Position numbers and translations under genes: made by a program
Shown here: in pieces, positions 49,057 to 57,822 of the stretch
How positions within the stretch are numbered: the first letter of the stretch is position 1
Layout: each line of letters opens with the position of its first letter
From: an uncultured Clostridia bacterium
Lineage (GTDB): Bacteria > Bacillota > Clostridia > Christensenellales > DTU072
Reading direction: 5' to 3'
Assembly: GCA_944372665.1 (NCBI GenBank)
Contig: CALVZV010000002.1
Location: 10,053-74,052, forward strand
DNA length: 64,000 nt
The notes under the pieces: generated by a model
Told to the model about the DNA's origin: nothing
Database searches by the model: none
What the model saw: only the letters and a program-made list of their open reading frames with translations

Positions 49057-50061
49057 TCACTCCTCCGCGGAAACTTCGGTTTCGAAGATCTTGCTGAATT
49101 TGCTGCGTTTCTTCATGCATTTCAGCAACGGTTTATCAAAGATTATTATCAGTCCGGGCAGCACGGTGAACACGCTTATCAGGCTTATCACGACGCCTTT
49201 TGCAAGCACCACGCCCATATCCACGCCTATGGTAAAGTTCATGAACACCAGACAAAGCAACCCGACAATGGTGGTAACGGCGCTGCTGAGTATCGAGCTT
49301 GCTCCGCCGGTCAGCGCGTCGATCAGAGCCGTTTCCTTGTCTATGCCGTTCTGGCGTTCCCTGCGGAAACGGTTCATCAGCATTATCGAATAGTCCATCG
49401 AAAGCACCAGCTGCAATATCGCCATGACCGAATTGGTAAGCGAGGATATGCTGTTGAAAAAAATGTTGGTGCCCATGTTTATGATCACAGCGATCCCGAT
49501 TGTGATGAGGTAAACTATCGGATCGAACCAGGAGGACGAGGCTATGAACAGTATCGCCAGGAGAATGGCGAAGGCTATGGCGATGGCTATAGTCAGCGTT
49601 TTGTCGGAAGTTTCGTTTTCGACCGCCGCGCCGCTTATGTACAATTCGTAATCGGAATACTTGTCGCGGATGTTATTGATGACGTTCAGCGCCTCCTCCG
49701 AATACGTGTTGTACCCGATGACCACGGCGAATCTGGTGTAACCGTCCTTGTAATAGCTTTCGGAGCTGAGATCGTACTGCGCCGTTACGACGCCGTCGGT
49801 AAGCATAAGTTCGTTGCTTATACGGCTTGCCGTATCCGAATCGATGGCCTTGAAGACCACGGACACGTCGGTGACGTCGCCGAATTCCTCGTTCATTATC
49901 GCAATGGCCTCGGAAGTTTTAAAATCTTCGGGAAGATACGCGGTAAGGTCGTAATTGATGTTTACGAAAAACGACATGACCGCGCACGCCACAGTCAATA
50001 CCAGACCGATAATGAGAATCGGAATACGTTTAGATACGATAAACTGAGCAATCTTTCGCAT
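49057..50061 (-). CDS. MMPL/RND family transporter, first half
   Basis: INYDL..YLP, INMGTN, ILQL..SMDYSI.L..R, SS..TT..G. Confidence 0.87.
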   Translation of the reverse strand: MRKIAQFIVSKRIPILIIGLVLTVACAVMSFFVNINYDLTAYLPEDFKTSEAIAIMNEEFGDVTDVSVVFKAIDSDTASRISNELMLTDGVVTAQYDLSSESYYKDGYTRFAVVIGYNTYSEEALNVINNIRDKYSDYELYISGAAVENETSDKTLTIAIAIAFAILLAILFIASSSWFDPIVYLITIGIAVIINMGTNIFFNSISSLTNSVMAILQLVLSMDYSIMLMNRFRRERQNGIDKETALIDALTGGASSILSSAVTTIVGLLCLVFMNFTIGVDMGVVLAKGVVISLISVFTVLPGLIIIFDKPLLKCMKKRSKFSKIFETEVSAEE

Positions 50062-50207
50062 AATCCGCCTCTGTTGACTTTTAACTCTAATTGGATTATA
50101 ATATACACGATGTTGTTTTTACAACTTAATGTCGTAGAAAATCGAACCAATCTGTCGCGAAACGAACATATTGGCAAAATTTGTATAAAAACCGAGGAGT
50201 GTTTGTT

Positions 50208-50771
50208 ATGACTAAGGAAAACCGCAGGGTACAGATGACCAAACGGATGATAGCCGAGGCGATGACGGAACTGTGTGAGCGGGGAGAAACCGTTTCTAAA
50301 ATCAGTGTCAGCGAGTTGTGTGCAATAGCCGAGGTGAACAGATCCACCTTTTATAAGTACTATGACGGTCCCGAGGCGCTTTTCGGAGAAATAGAAGAAA
50401 AATTTTTTTCCGAATTAAGCGCTTTTATGATCCCAAACGTCAACGCGGATATCGCTACCGGCATGCGCGAAATGTGCAGTTATCTTTCTCAGAAAAAACG
50501 CATTGCGCGCATCGTTATAAACAACAATGTTAATCCTAATTTTCCCGAAAAGCTTTTTTCGTTGCCGGCGCTACGGAATAGTGCTGATATTTTCTTAAAG
50601 CAGTGCTTCGGAAAGCGCCTGAACGAGAAACAGACGAAATATATTTATCTGTTTTTCGTATACGGCGGATATAATCTGATGCGCGTTTGGCTCAACAGCG
50701 AAAACGCCGAACCGTACGAGGAAATAGCCGATACGATCGTGACGCTTTTGAACAGTTTCGGCACGCGGTAA
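50208..50771 (+). CDS. TetR/AcrR family regulator, divergent from MMPL genes
   Basis: ISVSELC..AEVNRSTFYKYY HTH; SD GAGGAG. Confidence 0.92.
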   Translation: MTKENRRVQMTKRMIAEAMTELCERGETVSKISVSELCAIAEVNRSTFYKYYDGPEALFGEIEEKFFSELSAFMIPNVNADIATGMREMCSYLSQKKRIARIVINNNVNPNFPEKLFSLPALRNSADIFLKQCFGKRLNEKQTKYIYLFFVYGGYNLMRVWLNSENAEPYEEIADTIVTLLNSFGTR

Positions 50772-50777
50772 GGCACG

Positions 50778-51003
50778 CCGGTTATAGCGACGTCGGATAT
50801 CGGCCGCGGCAGGTTTGTGCAAAGCGGCAGGTAGAGGAAAGCGCGTCGCCGCATTTTGCGGCGAAAGGAGAATACCTTTTCGGATCTGCACGTACCGATA
50901 TACGTTTCGTCCATGCTACGGATTTCCCGGCGGCGCGGTTTCGCGCGGGCAGGGCGGAGCGTTGCATTTCAATACTAAGCTTCTATCCGATACGTGAACC
51001 CGG
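50778..51003. repeat. Second decayed long palindrome between convergent genes
   Basis: Four collinear inverted blocks share an axis at about 50890: CCGGTT/AACCCGG, TCGGATA/TATCCGA, TGCAAAGC/GCGTTGCA, GAAAGCGCGTCGCCG/CGGCGGCGCGGTTTC. Confidence 0.55.
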
Positions 51004-51036
51004 ATTACGATACGCGTGTTTAGGGCATTGACTTTT

Positions 51037-51966
51037 TCAGCTTCTGCGCAGCTTTAGAATAGTAAGTGTGACCTGACCTTCTCTCCCCGTGGCGGAGCCT
51101 GAATAAGTAAGGGAAAATTCGGTGGGGGACGGCGCATACAGGATCAGAAATGCGGAGCCGCAGGCGCTCGATCCGTCGGTACGCGTGGCGAAGTAGATAC
51201 CCGTTTCCAGGTGAGGCGCACCGTTGTAATACGGCGTGATCTGCATGTAATTTGCTGTATTGAACAGTACGGAAACCTCGTAACTTATCAGATAATATCC
51301 CGCTTGCAGGCTGATATGGGTCAGATCCGCAGTCGTAATGTTTCCCGTAACGTCGGTCACGCTGGGAAACAGGGTGATCAGCGTATTCGGGCTGAGTTGC
51401 ATCTGATAGTTCGCAAATGAGGCGAAGGAGTCGTCGGGGACTGTTCCGACAGGTCCTGTAGCGCCTGTAGCTCCTGTCGGACCCGTGACGCCCGCAGCGC
51501 CGGTCGCTCCTGTAGCGCCTGTCGGACCCGTCGGACCGGTAGCTCCCGTAGCGCCGGTCGCTCCTATAATTCCCTGGTCGCCGTTTCTTCCGATAGGGCC
51601 CGTCGGTCCGGTAGCGCCGGTAGCACCCGTAGCGCCGGTCGGACCGGTGACGCCCTGCAGACCCTGCGCGCCTTTTGTCCCGGCGGGACCGGTAGCTCCC
51701 GTAGCGCCCGTTGCTCCTGTGGGACCCGTGGCTCCCGTAGCGCCTTTTGCGCCGGCTTCGCCGGTAGATCCGGTAATTCCCATGGCGCCCGTAGCGCCGG
51801 TAGCTCCCGTCGCTCCCGTAGCTCCTGTCGGGCCGGTAGCGCCGGTCGGGCCCGCCGGGCCTTCGGGACCGGCAGGTCCTGTGATACCGCCCGCGCCCTG
51901 ACAGGGCGGACAGCGGATAGGGCATCCGGGAAAACAGGGTATACGATTGTTTCCGTTACACGGCAT
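51037..51966 (-). CDS. Collagen-like protein (BclA-like architecture, likely spore surface)
   Basis: Cys/Pro-rich N-terminus, 51 uninterrupted G-X-Y triplets (mostly GAT/GPT), C-terminal globular domain (AGYYLISY); no signal peptide. Confidence 0.85.
   Translation of the reverse strand: MPCNGNNRIPCFPGCPIRCPPCQGAGGITGPAGPEGPAGPTGATGPTGATGATGATGATGAMGITGSTGEAGAKGATGATGPTGATGATGATGPAGTKGAQGLQGVTGPTGATGATGATGPTGPIGRNGDQGIIGATGATGATGPTGPTGATGATGAAGVTGPTGATGATGPVGTVPDDSFASFANYQMQLSPNTLITLFPSVTDVTGNITTADLTHISLQAGYYLISYEVSVLFNTANYMQITPYYNGAPHLETGIYFATRTDGSSACGSAFLILYAPSPTEFSLTYSGSATGREGQVTLTILKLRRS
51439..51897 (-). repeat. 9-bp-period coding repeat (collagen G-X-T)
   Basis: Repeated CCCGTAGC/CCGGTAGC-like units on the plus strand. 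Confidence 0.9.
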
Positions 51967-52160
51967 AGTTTGTTAGGACCTCCGACGCGATAAAGCAGAA
52001 AGCGCTGATAGATTTTTCGTATGTAATCAACGCGGTCCGCTTGATATTGTTATGCCGAAAGCGTGAAAAAGTGTTCGTCTTAACTTATTGACGTATGCGC
52101 GAGCAGAAAACTGAAAAAGCAAAAGAAAGGCTTTGATTTAAATAAAAAGTTCCTAAGCCT

Positions 52161-52619
52161 TTACGTTTTTTCGTCTGTAACGATCACGTCTCCGGCACGG
52201 ATCGTTCCGTTTTTTTCCACGGTGCAGAATATCCCTTCGCGCGGCATGGCGCAGATACCGTATTTCCGCGCTATCTCGCAGCCCTGATCGGCGTGGCATT
52301 TTTTGCCGATCCGGCTGACTTTCAATACCGCTGTGCCTATACTTAGCAGCGTGCCTACGGGCAGACGGTACAGGCAAATCCCGCGCGTGGTGACGTTTTC
52401 GGCGAATTTGCCTTCGCACAGACCCTCGGCGTCTTTTTTGCCGCGTTTGAAGTTTTCTATGCTTTCTTCGCCCAGGAGGCTTATCTGTCTTATCCCCGGA
52501 CCGGCGTGTGCGTCGCCGACGATACCGTAGTCCCTACGGCATTCGATAAAGGGCACGGGATGCTTGGAGGTGCCTTTCTTTTCGCTGATATTTACCGCAA
52601 TTACAGTAGCTTTTTCCAT
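52161..52619 (-). CDS. MOSC domain protein
   Basis: ISEKKG..K, G..GDAHAG...RQISLL, G.FAEN.TT, GK.CH...C.I, MPREG.F. Confidence 0.92.
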   Translation of the reverse strand: MEKATVIAVNISEKKGTSKHPVPFIECRRDYGIVGDAHAGPGIRQISLLGEESIENFKRGKKDAEGLCEGKFAENVTTRGICLYRLPVGTLLSIGTAVLKVSRIGKKCHADQGCEIARKYGICAMPREGIFCTVEKNGTIRAGDVIVTDEKT

Positions 52620-52626
52620 ATTTTTC

Positions 52627-53091
52627 CTATTCGTTCGATACGTCGCCGCTTTTGCCGCCGCTTTTTTTCACCAGCCTGATGTCGCTTATGCTCATGCGCT
52701 TGTCGGCGGATTTAAGCATATCGTAGATGGTCAGAGCAGCAACGCTCACGGCATGGAGGGCCTCCATTTCCGCGCCGGTCCTGCCGTGGCAGACGGTCTT
52801 GGCTGTTATTTCTATGCTTTCGGCTGTTATTTCGTAATTTATTTCGACATGGTCCAGGATAATGACGTGGCACATCGGTATTACTTCGTAAGTGCGTTTT
52901 GCCGCGAGTACGCCCGCCGCAGTAGCGGTGGTCAGCACGTTTCCTTTTTTGTTACCGCCGCCGATCAGCGCCAAGGCCTCGGGACTAATGCGTATTACTC
53001 CCTTTGCCACGGCTTCGCGCCGCGTTATATCCTTGCCGCTGACGTCCGTCATACGGGCGTTGCCGTTTCTGTCAAGATGAGTTATTTCCAT
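52627..53091 (-). CDS. moaC: Cyclic pyranopterin monophosphate synthase
   Basis: THL...G.A.M.DV..K..T.R.A, AAK.T...IPMCH, TG.EMEAL, TIYDM.K, KSGGKSG. Confidence 0.96.
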   Translation of the reverse strand: MEITHLDRNGNARMTDVSGKDITRREAVAKGVIRISPEALALIGGGNKKGNVLTTATAAGVLAAKRTYEVIPMCHVIILDHVEINYEITAESIEITAKTVCHGRTGAEMEALHAVSVAALTIYDMLKSADKRMSISDIRLVKKSGGKSGDVSNE

Positions 53092-54012
53092 TTATCCTCC
53101 TATGCTGCCCATGTCGATTTCCTGGTATATCCCTTCGCGGATACCGTGAGAAAGGGGTTTTAAAGCCAGCAGCGAGCGAAGATATCCCTCAAAATCGTCG
53201 CTGCCTATCTTGTGACGAAGCGGGTACGCCGCGGCGCCGTGGAGGCAGGGGAGCAGCATTCCCGTACACGTCACGCGCACTCTGTCGCACTCCGCACAGA
53301 AATTTCTGCTTAGCGGAGCAATGACCCTCAGCTCGTGTCCGCGGTAGCGGTAAAGCGACGTCTTTCCCTCGTCAAGGACGTGTTCGGCGTCCAAAAAACT
53401 CAGCCATTTTTCGGAGTTCAGCGCACGTTCGTCGACGTATCCGAGCGTGGACGCAAAGGGCATAAGCTCTATCATTCTGAGTTCCGCGCCAGTTTTTTCG
53501 GCGTATTCGAGAAGGGGAAGCGGATCGTCGTTTACGCCGCGTTGCAATACGGCGTTCAGCTTTATTTTAAGTCCCGCCGCTTTGGCGGCGTCTATGCCTT
53601 TAAATACTTTCGACAGCTCTCCGCCGCCCGTTATTTTACGGTAGGCTTCGGGATCGAGAGTGTCCAGACTGACGTTGACGCCTTTTAGCCCGGCAGCTTT
53701 CAATTCTTCGGCAAACACCGACAGTAATATGCCGTTGGTGGTCAGACCGACGTTCTCCGAAACGGCGCAAACGCCGTTTACTATAGCGGATATTCCCTTC
53801 CTCACGAGAGGTTCGCCGCCGGTCAGCCGAATCTTCGTAAAGCCCGCTTCGACGAAATTTCCGGCTAGCGCGATTATCTCGTCCACGCTCATCACGTCCT
53901 CGTGCGTCAATTTGGGTACCGGACGCGGTTTGCAATATAGGCATCCCAGATTGCATAGGTCGGTTACCGAAATACGCACATACCGAATATCTCTGCCGCA
54001 ACCGTCTAACAC
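53092..54012 (-). CDS. moaA: GTP 3',8-cyclase (radical SAM)
   Basis: R.SVTD.CNL.C.YC, RLTGGEPL, FC..C.R.R......PCL, C-terminal IGG. Confidence 0.95.
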   Translation of the reverse strand: MLDGCGRDIRYVRISVTDLCNLGCLYCKPRPVPKLTHEDVMSVDEIIALAGNFVEAGFTKIRLTGGEPLVRKGISAIVNGVCAVSENVGLTTNGILLSVFAEELKAAGLKGVNVSLDTLDPEAYRKITGGGELSKVFKGIDAAKAAGLKIKLNAVLQRGVNDDPLPLLEYAEKTGAELRMIELMPFASTLGYVDERALNSEKWLSFLDAEHVLDEGKTSLYRYRGHELRVIAPLSRNFCAECDRVRVTCTGMLLPCLHGAAAYPLRHKIGSDDFEGYLRSLLALKPLSHGIREGIYQEIDMGSIGG

Positions 54013-55889
54013 TTTACGATCTCTCCCGTATGGGGCGAGGTATAGTCGCCGAAGGCTGTCAGACGTCTTAGGAAATCCTCGCCCGATATATAATCCATAA
54101 ACGCGCGGACACGTTCGTCCGACAGGGAAGCCTCGCGTATTAAAAAATCGTAGTCCTCGTCGTAGACGGGAATGAAATCGAGCCCCAGTATGTTTGCGGC
54201 GCTGCCCACACCCATACCGAAGTCGGCGGCACCGCTCTCCACAGCCATGCCAACGGCAAGATGAGTGGAAAACTCTTTGTCGTATCCTTTAAGCGCACTC
54301 CCGTCGGCGCCAAGCTCCCGTAAGAGATAGTCTGTCAGTATGCGCGTACCCGCGCCGCGCTGGCGGTTTGCAAATCTCAGCCTGCGCTTTACGGCGTCCT
54401 CGAACGAAGTTACGCCGAGAGGGTTGCCTTTGGGAAGCATCAGTCCCTGGGTGCGTCCGACACCCTTGATAAGAGCCATTTTTTCGTTCGGGAAATATTT
54501 GCGGACGGCGGCAACGTTGTAAGTACCCGTCTCGGGATCCAACAGGTGTATCGGAGCGATATGACATTCGCCTTTTTGCATCGCGAGCACGCCGCCCGTG
54601 CTGCCGACGTGCGCCGAGGTCAGCGGAACGTGTTCGCCGATAACGTCTATAACGAGGTCGTTGCTTCCGATTACCACAAGATTTTTTTCGATAAGGCTTA
54701 ATGGCTTTCTGAGGGAAACTTCGACTTCGCTGCCCGCCGCTATTCCCTCGGAATATCTGTCCACGGTGAGTATTCCGTCGGCTTTAACGAGGCTCATTAT
54801 CTGCGCCGCTCCGCGTTCCAAGGGAGTCGCAACGAGACTGTCGCCCACTTTTCCGAGAGAAACACGCACGAATTCGGTGTTTTTCAGGGAACTGACCACG
54901 TTTCTGGTCAGCCTGGCTTTGACCGATTGTATATCTCGGGCGGCGGCGTTGCCCGATAGCGTGTTTATCACCGCGCCCGCGCACAGACCGAAAGAAACGT
55001 AAGCGGACACGGGATAGCCCGGAATACCGATAACGGGTTTTCCGCGGACCGTGCCGAGAATGGTGGGTTTGCCGGGTTTTGCGGCGAGTCCGTGCAGATA
55101 TACTTCGCCGAGAGACGCTATGGTTTCCCGGGCATAGTCCTTTGTGCCTGCGGAACTGCCTGCGTTGACTATTACGATATCGCATTCGTTTACGGCAAAA
55201 TCCAACGCCGTTTTCAGCTTTTCAGGCTCGTCGCTCACGGTGGGATACACTTTAGGAATTCCGCCGTATTCCGTTATAAGCGCGGAAAACAGTTTGGAGT
55301 TGCTTTCCAGAAGCTTTCCTTCCTTCACGTCCTCCGGGCGTGAAACCATCTCGTCGCCCGTGGTGATAACGCCCGTAACGGGGCGTCGGAAGACCTCGAC
55401 TTCGGTGTTTCCGCCGGCGTATATCGCGGCGAGGTCCTCGGCGCGTATTCTGCGGCGGGAGGGGAGTATCATTTCGCCAGCGACAATGCTTTCGCCCTTG
55501 ACGCGGACGTGCTGCCACGAACTTGCGGGAGCGATTATTTCGACCGTTCCGTCGCCGGAATCGATGACGTCCTCTATCATTATTACTGCGTCGAAACGCG
55601 AGGGCACGGGGTTTCCGGTATTTACATATATAAAGTCCTCGTTTTCTTTCAGGACGAGAGGAGATTTTTCGCTTGCGGAAACGGTTTTTTCGCACGAGAC
55701 CGCGATGCCGTCCATGGCTGCGGCGTTGTAAACGGGGTCGCAGAGCTTTGCGTAGACCGCCACGGCGAGCACTCGTCCCAAAGACTGTTCGGTGGGAACG
55801 GTTTCGACGCCCGCGTTTTTGTTTTCGAAAAGCGCGAGGTATCCGTCGATTTTTTCAATCGGATTGTTGGGTATGTATGCGTTTCTCAT
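54006..55889 (-). CDS. moeA: MoeA fused to PBP/LysR-type substrate-binding domain
   Basis: AAMDG.AV, TG.E, GSSAG..DY, KPGKP, PGYPVS; C-terminal GS.D, NRQ.G.GTR.L.D, TH..V. Confidence 0.92.
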   Translation of the reverse strand: MRNAYIPNNPIEKIDGYLALFENKNAGVETVPTEQSLGRVLAVAVYAKLCDPVYNAAAMDGIAVSCEKTVSASEKSPLVLKENEDFIYVNTGNPVPSRFDAVIMIEDVIDSGDGTVEIIAPASSWQHVRVKGESIVAGEMILPSRRRIRAEDLAAIYAGGNTEVEVFRRPVTGVITTGDEMVSRPEDVKEGKLLESNSKLFSALITEYGGIPKVYPTVSDEPEKLKTALDFAVNECDIVIVNAGSSAGTKDYARETIASLGEVYLHGLAAKPGKPTILGTVRGKPVIGIPGYPVSAYVSFGLCAGAVINTLSGNAAARDIQSVKARLTRNVVSSLKNTEFVRVSLGKVGDSLVATPLERGAAQIMSLVKADGILTVDRYSEGIAAGSEVEVSLRKPLSLIEKNLVVIGSNDLVIDVIGEHVPLTSAHVGSTGGVLAMQKGECHIAPIHLLDPETGTYNVAAVRKYFPNEKMALIKGVGRTQGLMLPKGNPLGVTSFEDAVKRRLRFANRQRGAGTRILTDYLLRELGADGSALKGYDKEFSTHLAVGMAVESGAADFGMGVGSAANILGLDFIPVYDEDYDFLIREASLSDERVRAFMDYISGEDFLRRLTAFGDYTSPHTGEIVKC

Positions 55890-57097
55890 AATCTGTAAAC
55901 CTCCAGCGGCGCGCCCGCGGAAACGCCTTCGACGTGATCGGGAAGGAGCGCGAATCCGTCCGCGGACGATATCACGGACAGCATTCCCGATTTATAGAAA
56001 AGTGGTTCCGCCGCGGTAAATTCGACTTTGTTGACGAGTTTTACGGGTATGACGGCGCTTCTTCCTCTGCCTCCGGGGAAATTTTTCGCGGCGCGGCATA
56101 CCACGGGCGGCTCAATGTCGGAACCGCACGCGTTCAGCAACGCGCGCAGTACGATCAGCCTGAACGAGGTGAACGCCGCCATCGGATGCCCGGGAAGTCC
56201 TATCAGAAGTTTTTTGTCCGCCTCGGCTGCAAGCGTTGGCTTGCCGGGTTTTATAGCGACGCCGCCGAACAGAGGCGTTCCGTATTCGGAAAAGAGTTTT
56301 GCGGTATAGTCGGCTTTGCCTACCGAGCTGCCGCCGCTGAGTATCACGACGTCCGCCTCGGACAGCCCTTTGCGAACTGTCTCCGATAATTTTCCGTAAT
56401 CGTCGTTTATCGTCAATGCTCCGACCACGTTTCCCATTTCTGATAATTCGGCTATTAAAACCGAGGTATTGGTATCCCTGATTTTACCTATCGGACATTC
56501 TGCGTCGGAGGGAACGAGTTCGTCGCCCGTCGAGACGACGTAGAACGAAAGCTTTTTGTATACCTTGACGAAAGCGATTCCGAGCGAGCACATCAAGCCG
56601 ATCTTTGGACTTGTCAGGCGTTCGCCCCGGCGTATCACCGTTTCTCCGATACGTATATCCGCGCCTTTAAAGACGACGTTTTCGCCGCGGTGCAGGCTTG
56701 AGGAAAGGTATACCTCACCGTTCGATACTTCGGCGTTTTCTATCATCGTAACGGCGTCCGCACCCTCGGGAAGCATAGCGCCGGTCGGAACGTAAAAACA
56801 TTCTCCGCTGTTTATGCGCGCTTTGACGTATTCGCCCATCCCGACCTCGCCTTTCAGGCTTAATACCGACGGTACGGCGGCGGAAGCCGCCGAAGAATCT
56901 TTATGGGAATGGGCGTATCCGTCCACGGTGGAACGGCTGAACGGGGGAAAGTCCTCGGGAGAAAAAACGTCGCAAGCCGCCGTTCTTGCCGAAGCGCGAG
57001 ATACGGGGACGGTCTCCGTTACGAGTATTTTTCCGAATGCTTCGGTCAGTTTCTTGACGGCGAGGGAATAGGGAATTACGTTCATTTTCTGGCGCAC
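55886..57097 (-). CDS. moeA: Gephyrin-like molybdopterin metal insertase
   Basis: PPF.RSTVDGYA, TGAMLP.GAD, STGDEL, SGGSSVG..D, KPGKP, LPGHP. Confidence 0.93.
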   Translation of the reverse strand: MRQKMNVIPYSLAVKKLTEAFGKILVTETVPVSRASARTAACDVFSPEDFPPFSRSTVDGYAHSHKDSSAASAAVPSVLSLKGEVGMGEYVKARINSGECFYVPTGAMLPEGADAVTMIENAEVSNGEVYLSSSLHRGENVVFKGADIRIGETVIRRGERLTSPKIGLMCSLGIAFVKVYKKLSFYVVSTGDELVPSDAECPIGKIRDTNTSVLIAELSEMGNVVGALTINDDYGKLSETVRKGLSEADVVILSGGSSVGKADYTAKLFSEYGTPLFGGVAIKPGKPTLAAEADKKLLIGLPGHPMAAFTSFRLIVLRALLNACGSDIEPPVVCRAAKNFPGGRGRSAVIPVKLVNKVEFTAAEPLFYKSGMLSVISSADGFALLPDHVEGVSAGAPLEVYRL

Positions 57098-57570
57098 TCC
57101 GTGACGGCGCCGTTAAGCGCGTCGATGCCGTGTTTTAAGGGTTCGATTACGAATTCCAGATTTTCCGCGCACGCTTTAGGCGAGCCGGGCAGATTTATTA
57201 TCACGCTTTTATCGACTATCACGCAAACCCCGCGGCTGAGCATGGCGCGCGGAGTGTAGCGCATCGAATTCATGCGCATGGCTTCGCATACGCCGCAGGC
57301 AAGTCTGCCGCCGAGTGCGAGAGTGGCTTCGGGGGTTACGTCGCGCGGCGAAAAACCCGTGCCGCCGGTCGTGACGATAAGGTCGTAGCCTTTTGCGGCG
57401 AGCGACCTGAGCGACTCCGTTATCGAGTCCTTATCGTCGGGAAGCAAAAGGGTTTCCATGACCGAGAACCCGCGGCTTTCAAGCAGTTCGCGAACCGCCG
57501 GCGTGGCTTTGTCTTCGCGCAAAGAATTAAAGCATGCGTCCGACATTGTTAAAATTGCGGCAGAGTACAT
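57082..57570 (-). CDS. mog: Molybdopterin adenylyltransferase (Mog/MoaB)
   Basis: TTGGTG...RDVTPEAT, A.LSR, NLPGSPK. Confidence 0.9.
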   Translation of the reverse strand: MYSAAILTMSDACFNSLREDKATPAVRELLESRGFSVMETLLLPDDKDSITESLRSLAAKGYDLIVTTGGTGFSPRDVTPEATLALGGRLACGVCEAMRMNSMRYTPRAMLSRGVCVIVDKSVIINLPGSPKACAENLEFVIEPLKHGIDALNGAVTECARK

Positions 57571-57573
57571 ATA

Positions 57574-57822
57574 TCATCCTCCAGAAGCGGGGCTCATTAT
57601 CAGCACGCGGTCGCCGTCTTTTAACGGCGTCCTGTATTTTTTGAGGTCGTTGAAATTGACGTCGTTTACTATAACTATCGAGTGCTTAAGTTCTTTTACC
57701 GTATAAAAAGGGTTGATCTCGTATATCTTTTTGAACAGCTCTTTGACGGTGGACGCCTCCACCTCCAGGCTTTTCATATGGTAATTCAGTCGGTAAAGAC
57801 CGAAAAATTCCACCGTGACCAT
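57574..57822 (-). CDS. moaD: MoaD/ThiS sulfur carrier
   Basis: 82 aa, V.FFG..R, L.DGD.V....P.SGG C-terminus. Confidence 0.9.
   Translation of the reverse strand: MVTVEFFGLYRLNYHMKSLEVEASTVKELFKKIYEINPFYTVKELKHSIVIVNDVNFNDLKKYRTPLKDGDRVLIMSPASGG

Noticed and set aside
49040-49120. MMPL frameshift pseudogene
   Set aside because: The second half has its own strong SD and ATG at the domain boundary, so it was kept as two genes.
50062-50207. TetR operator in the divergent MMPL/tetR gap
   Set aside because: Likely present, but I could not define a clear palindrome with confidence.
51020-51925. Arg-rich 301-aa and PVA-repeat 138-aa ORFs; repeat array as CRISPR
   Set aside because: These are alternative frames of the 9-bp collagen repeat; there is no repeat-spacer structure and no cas genes.
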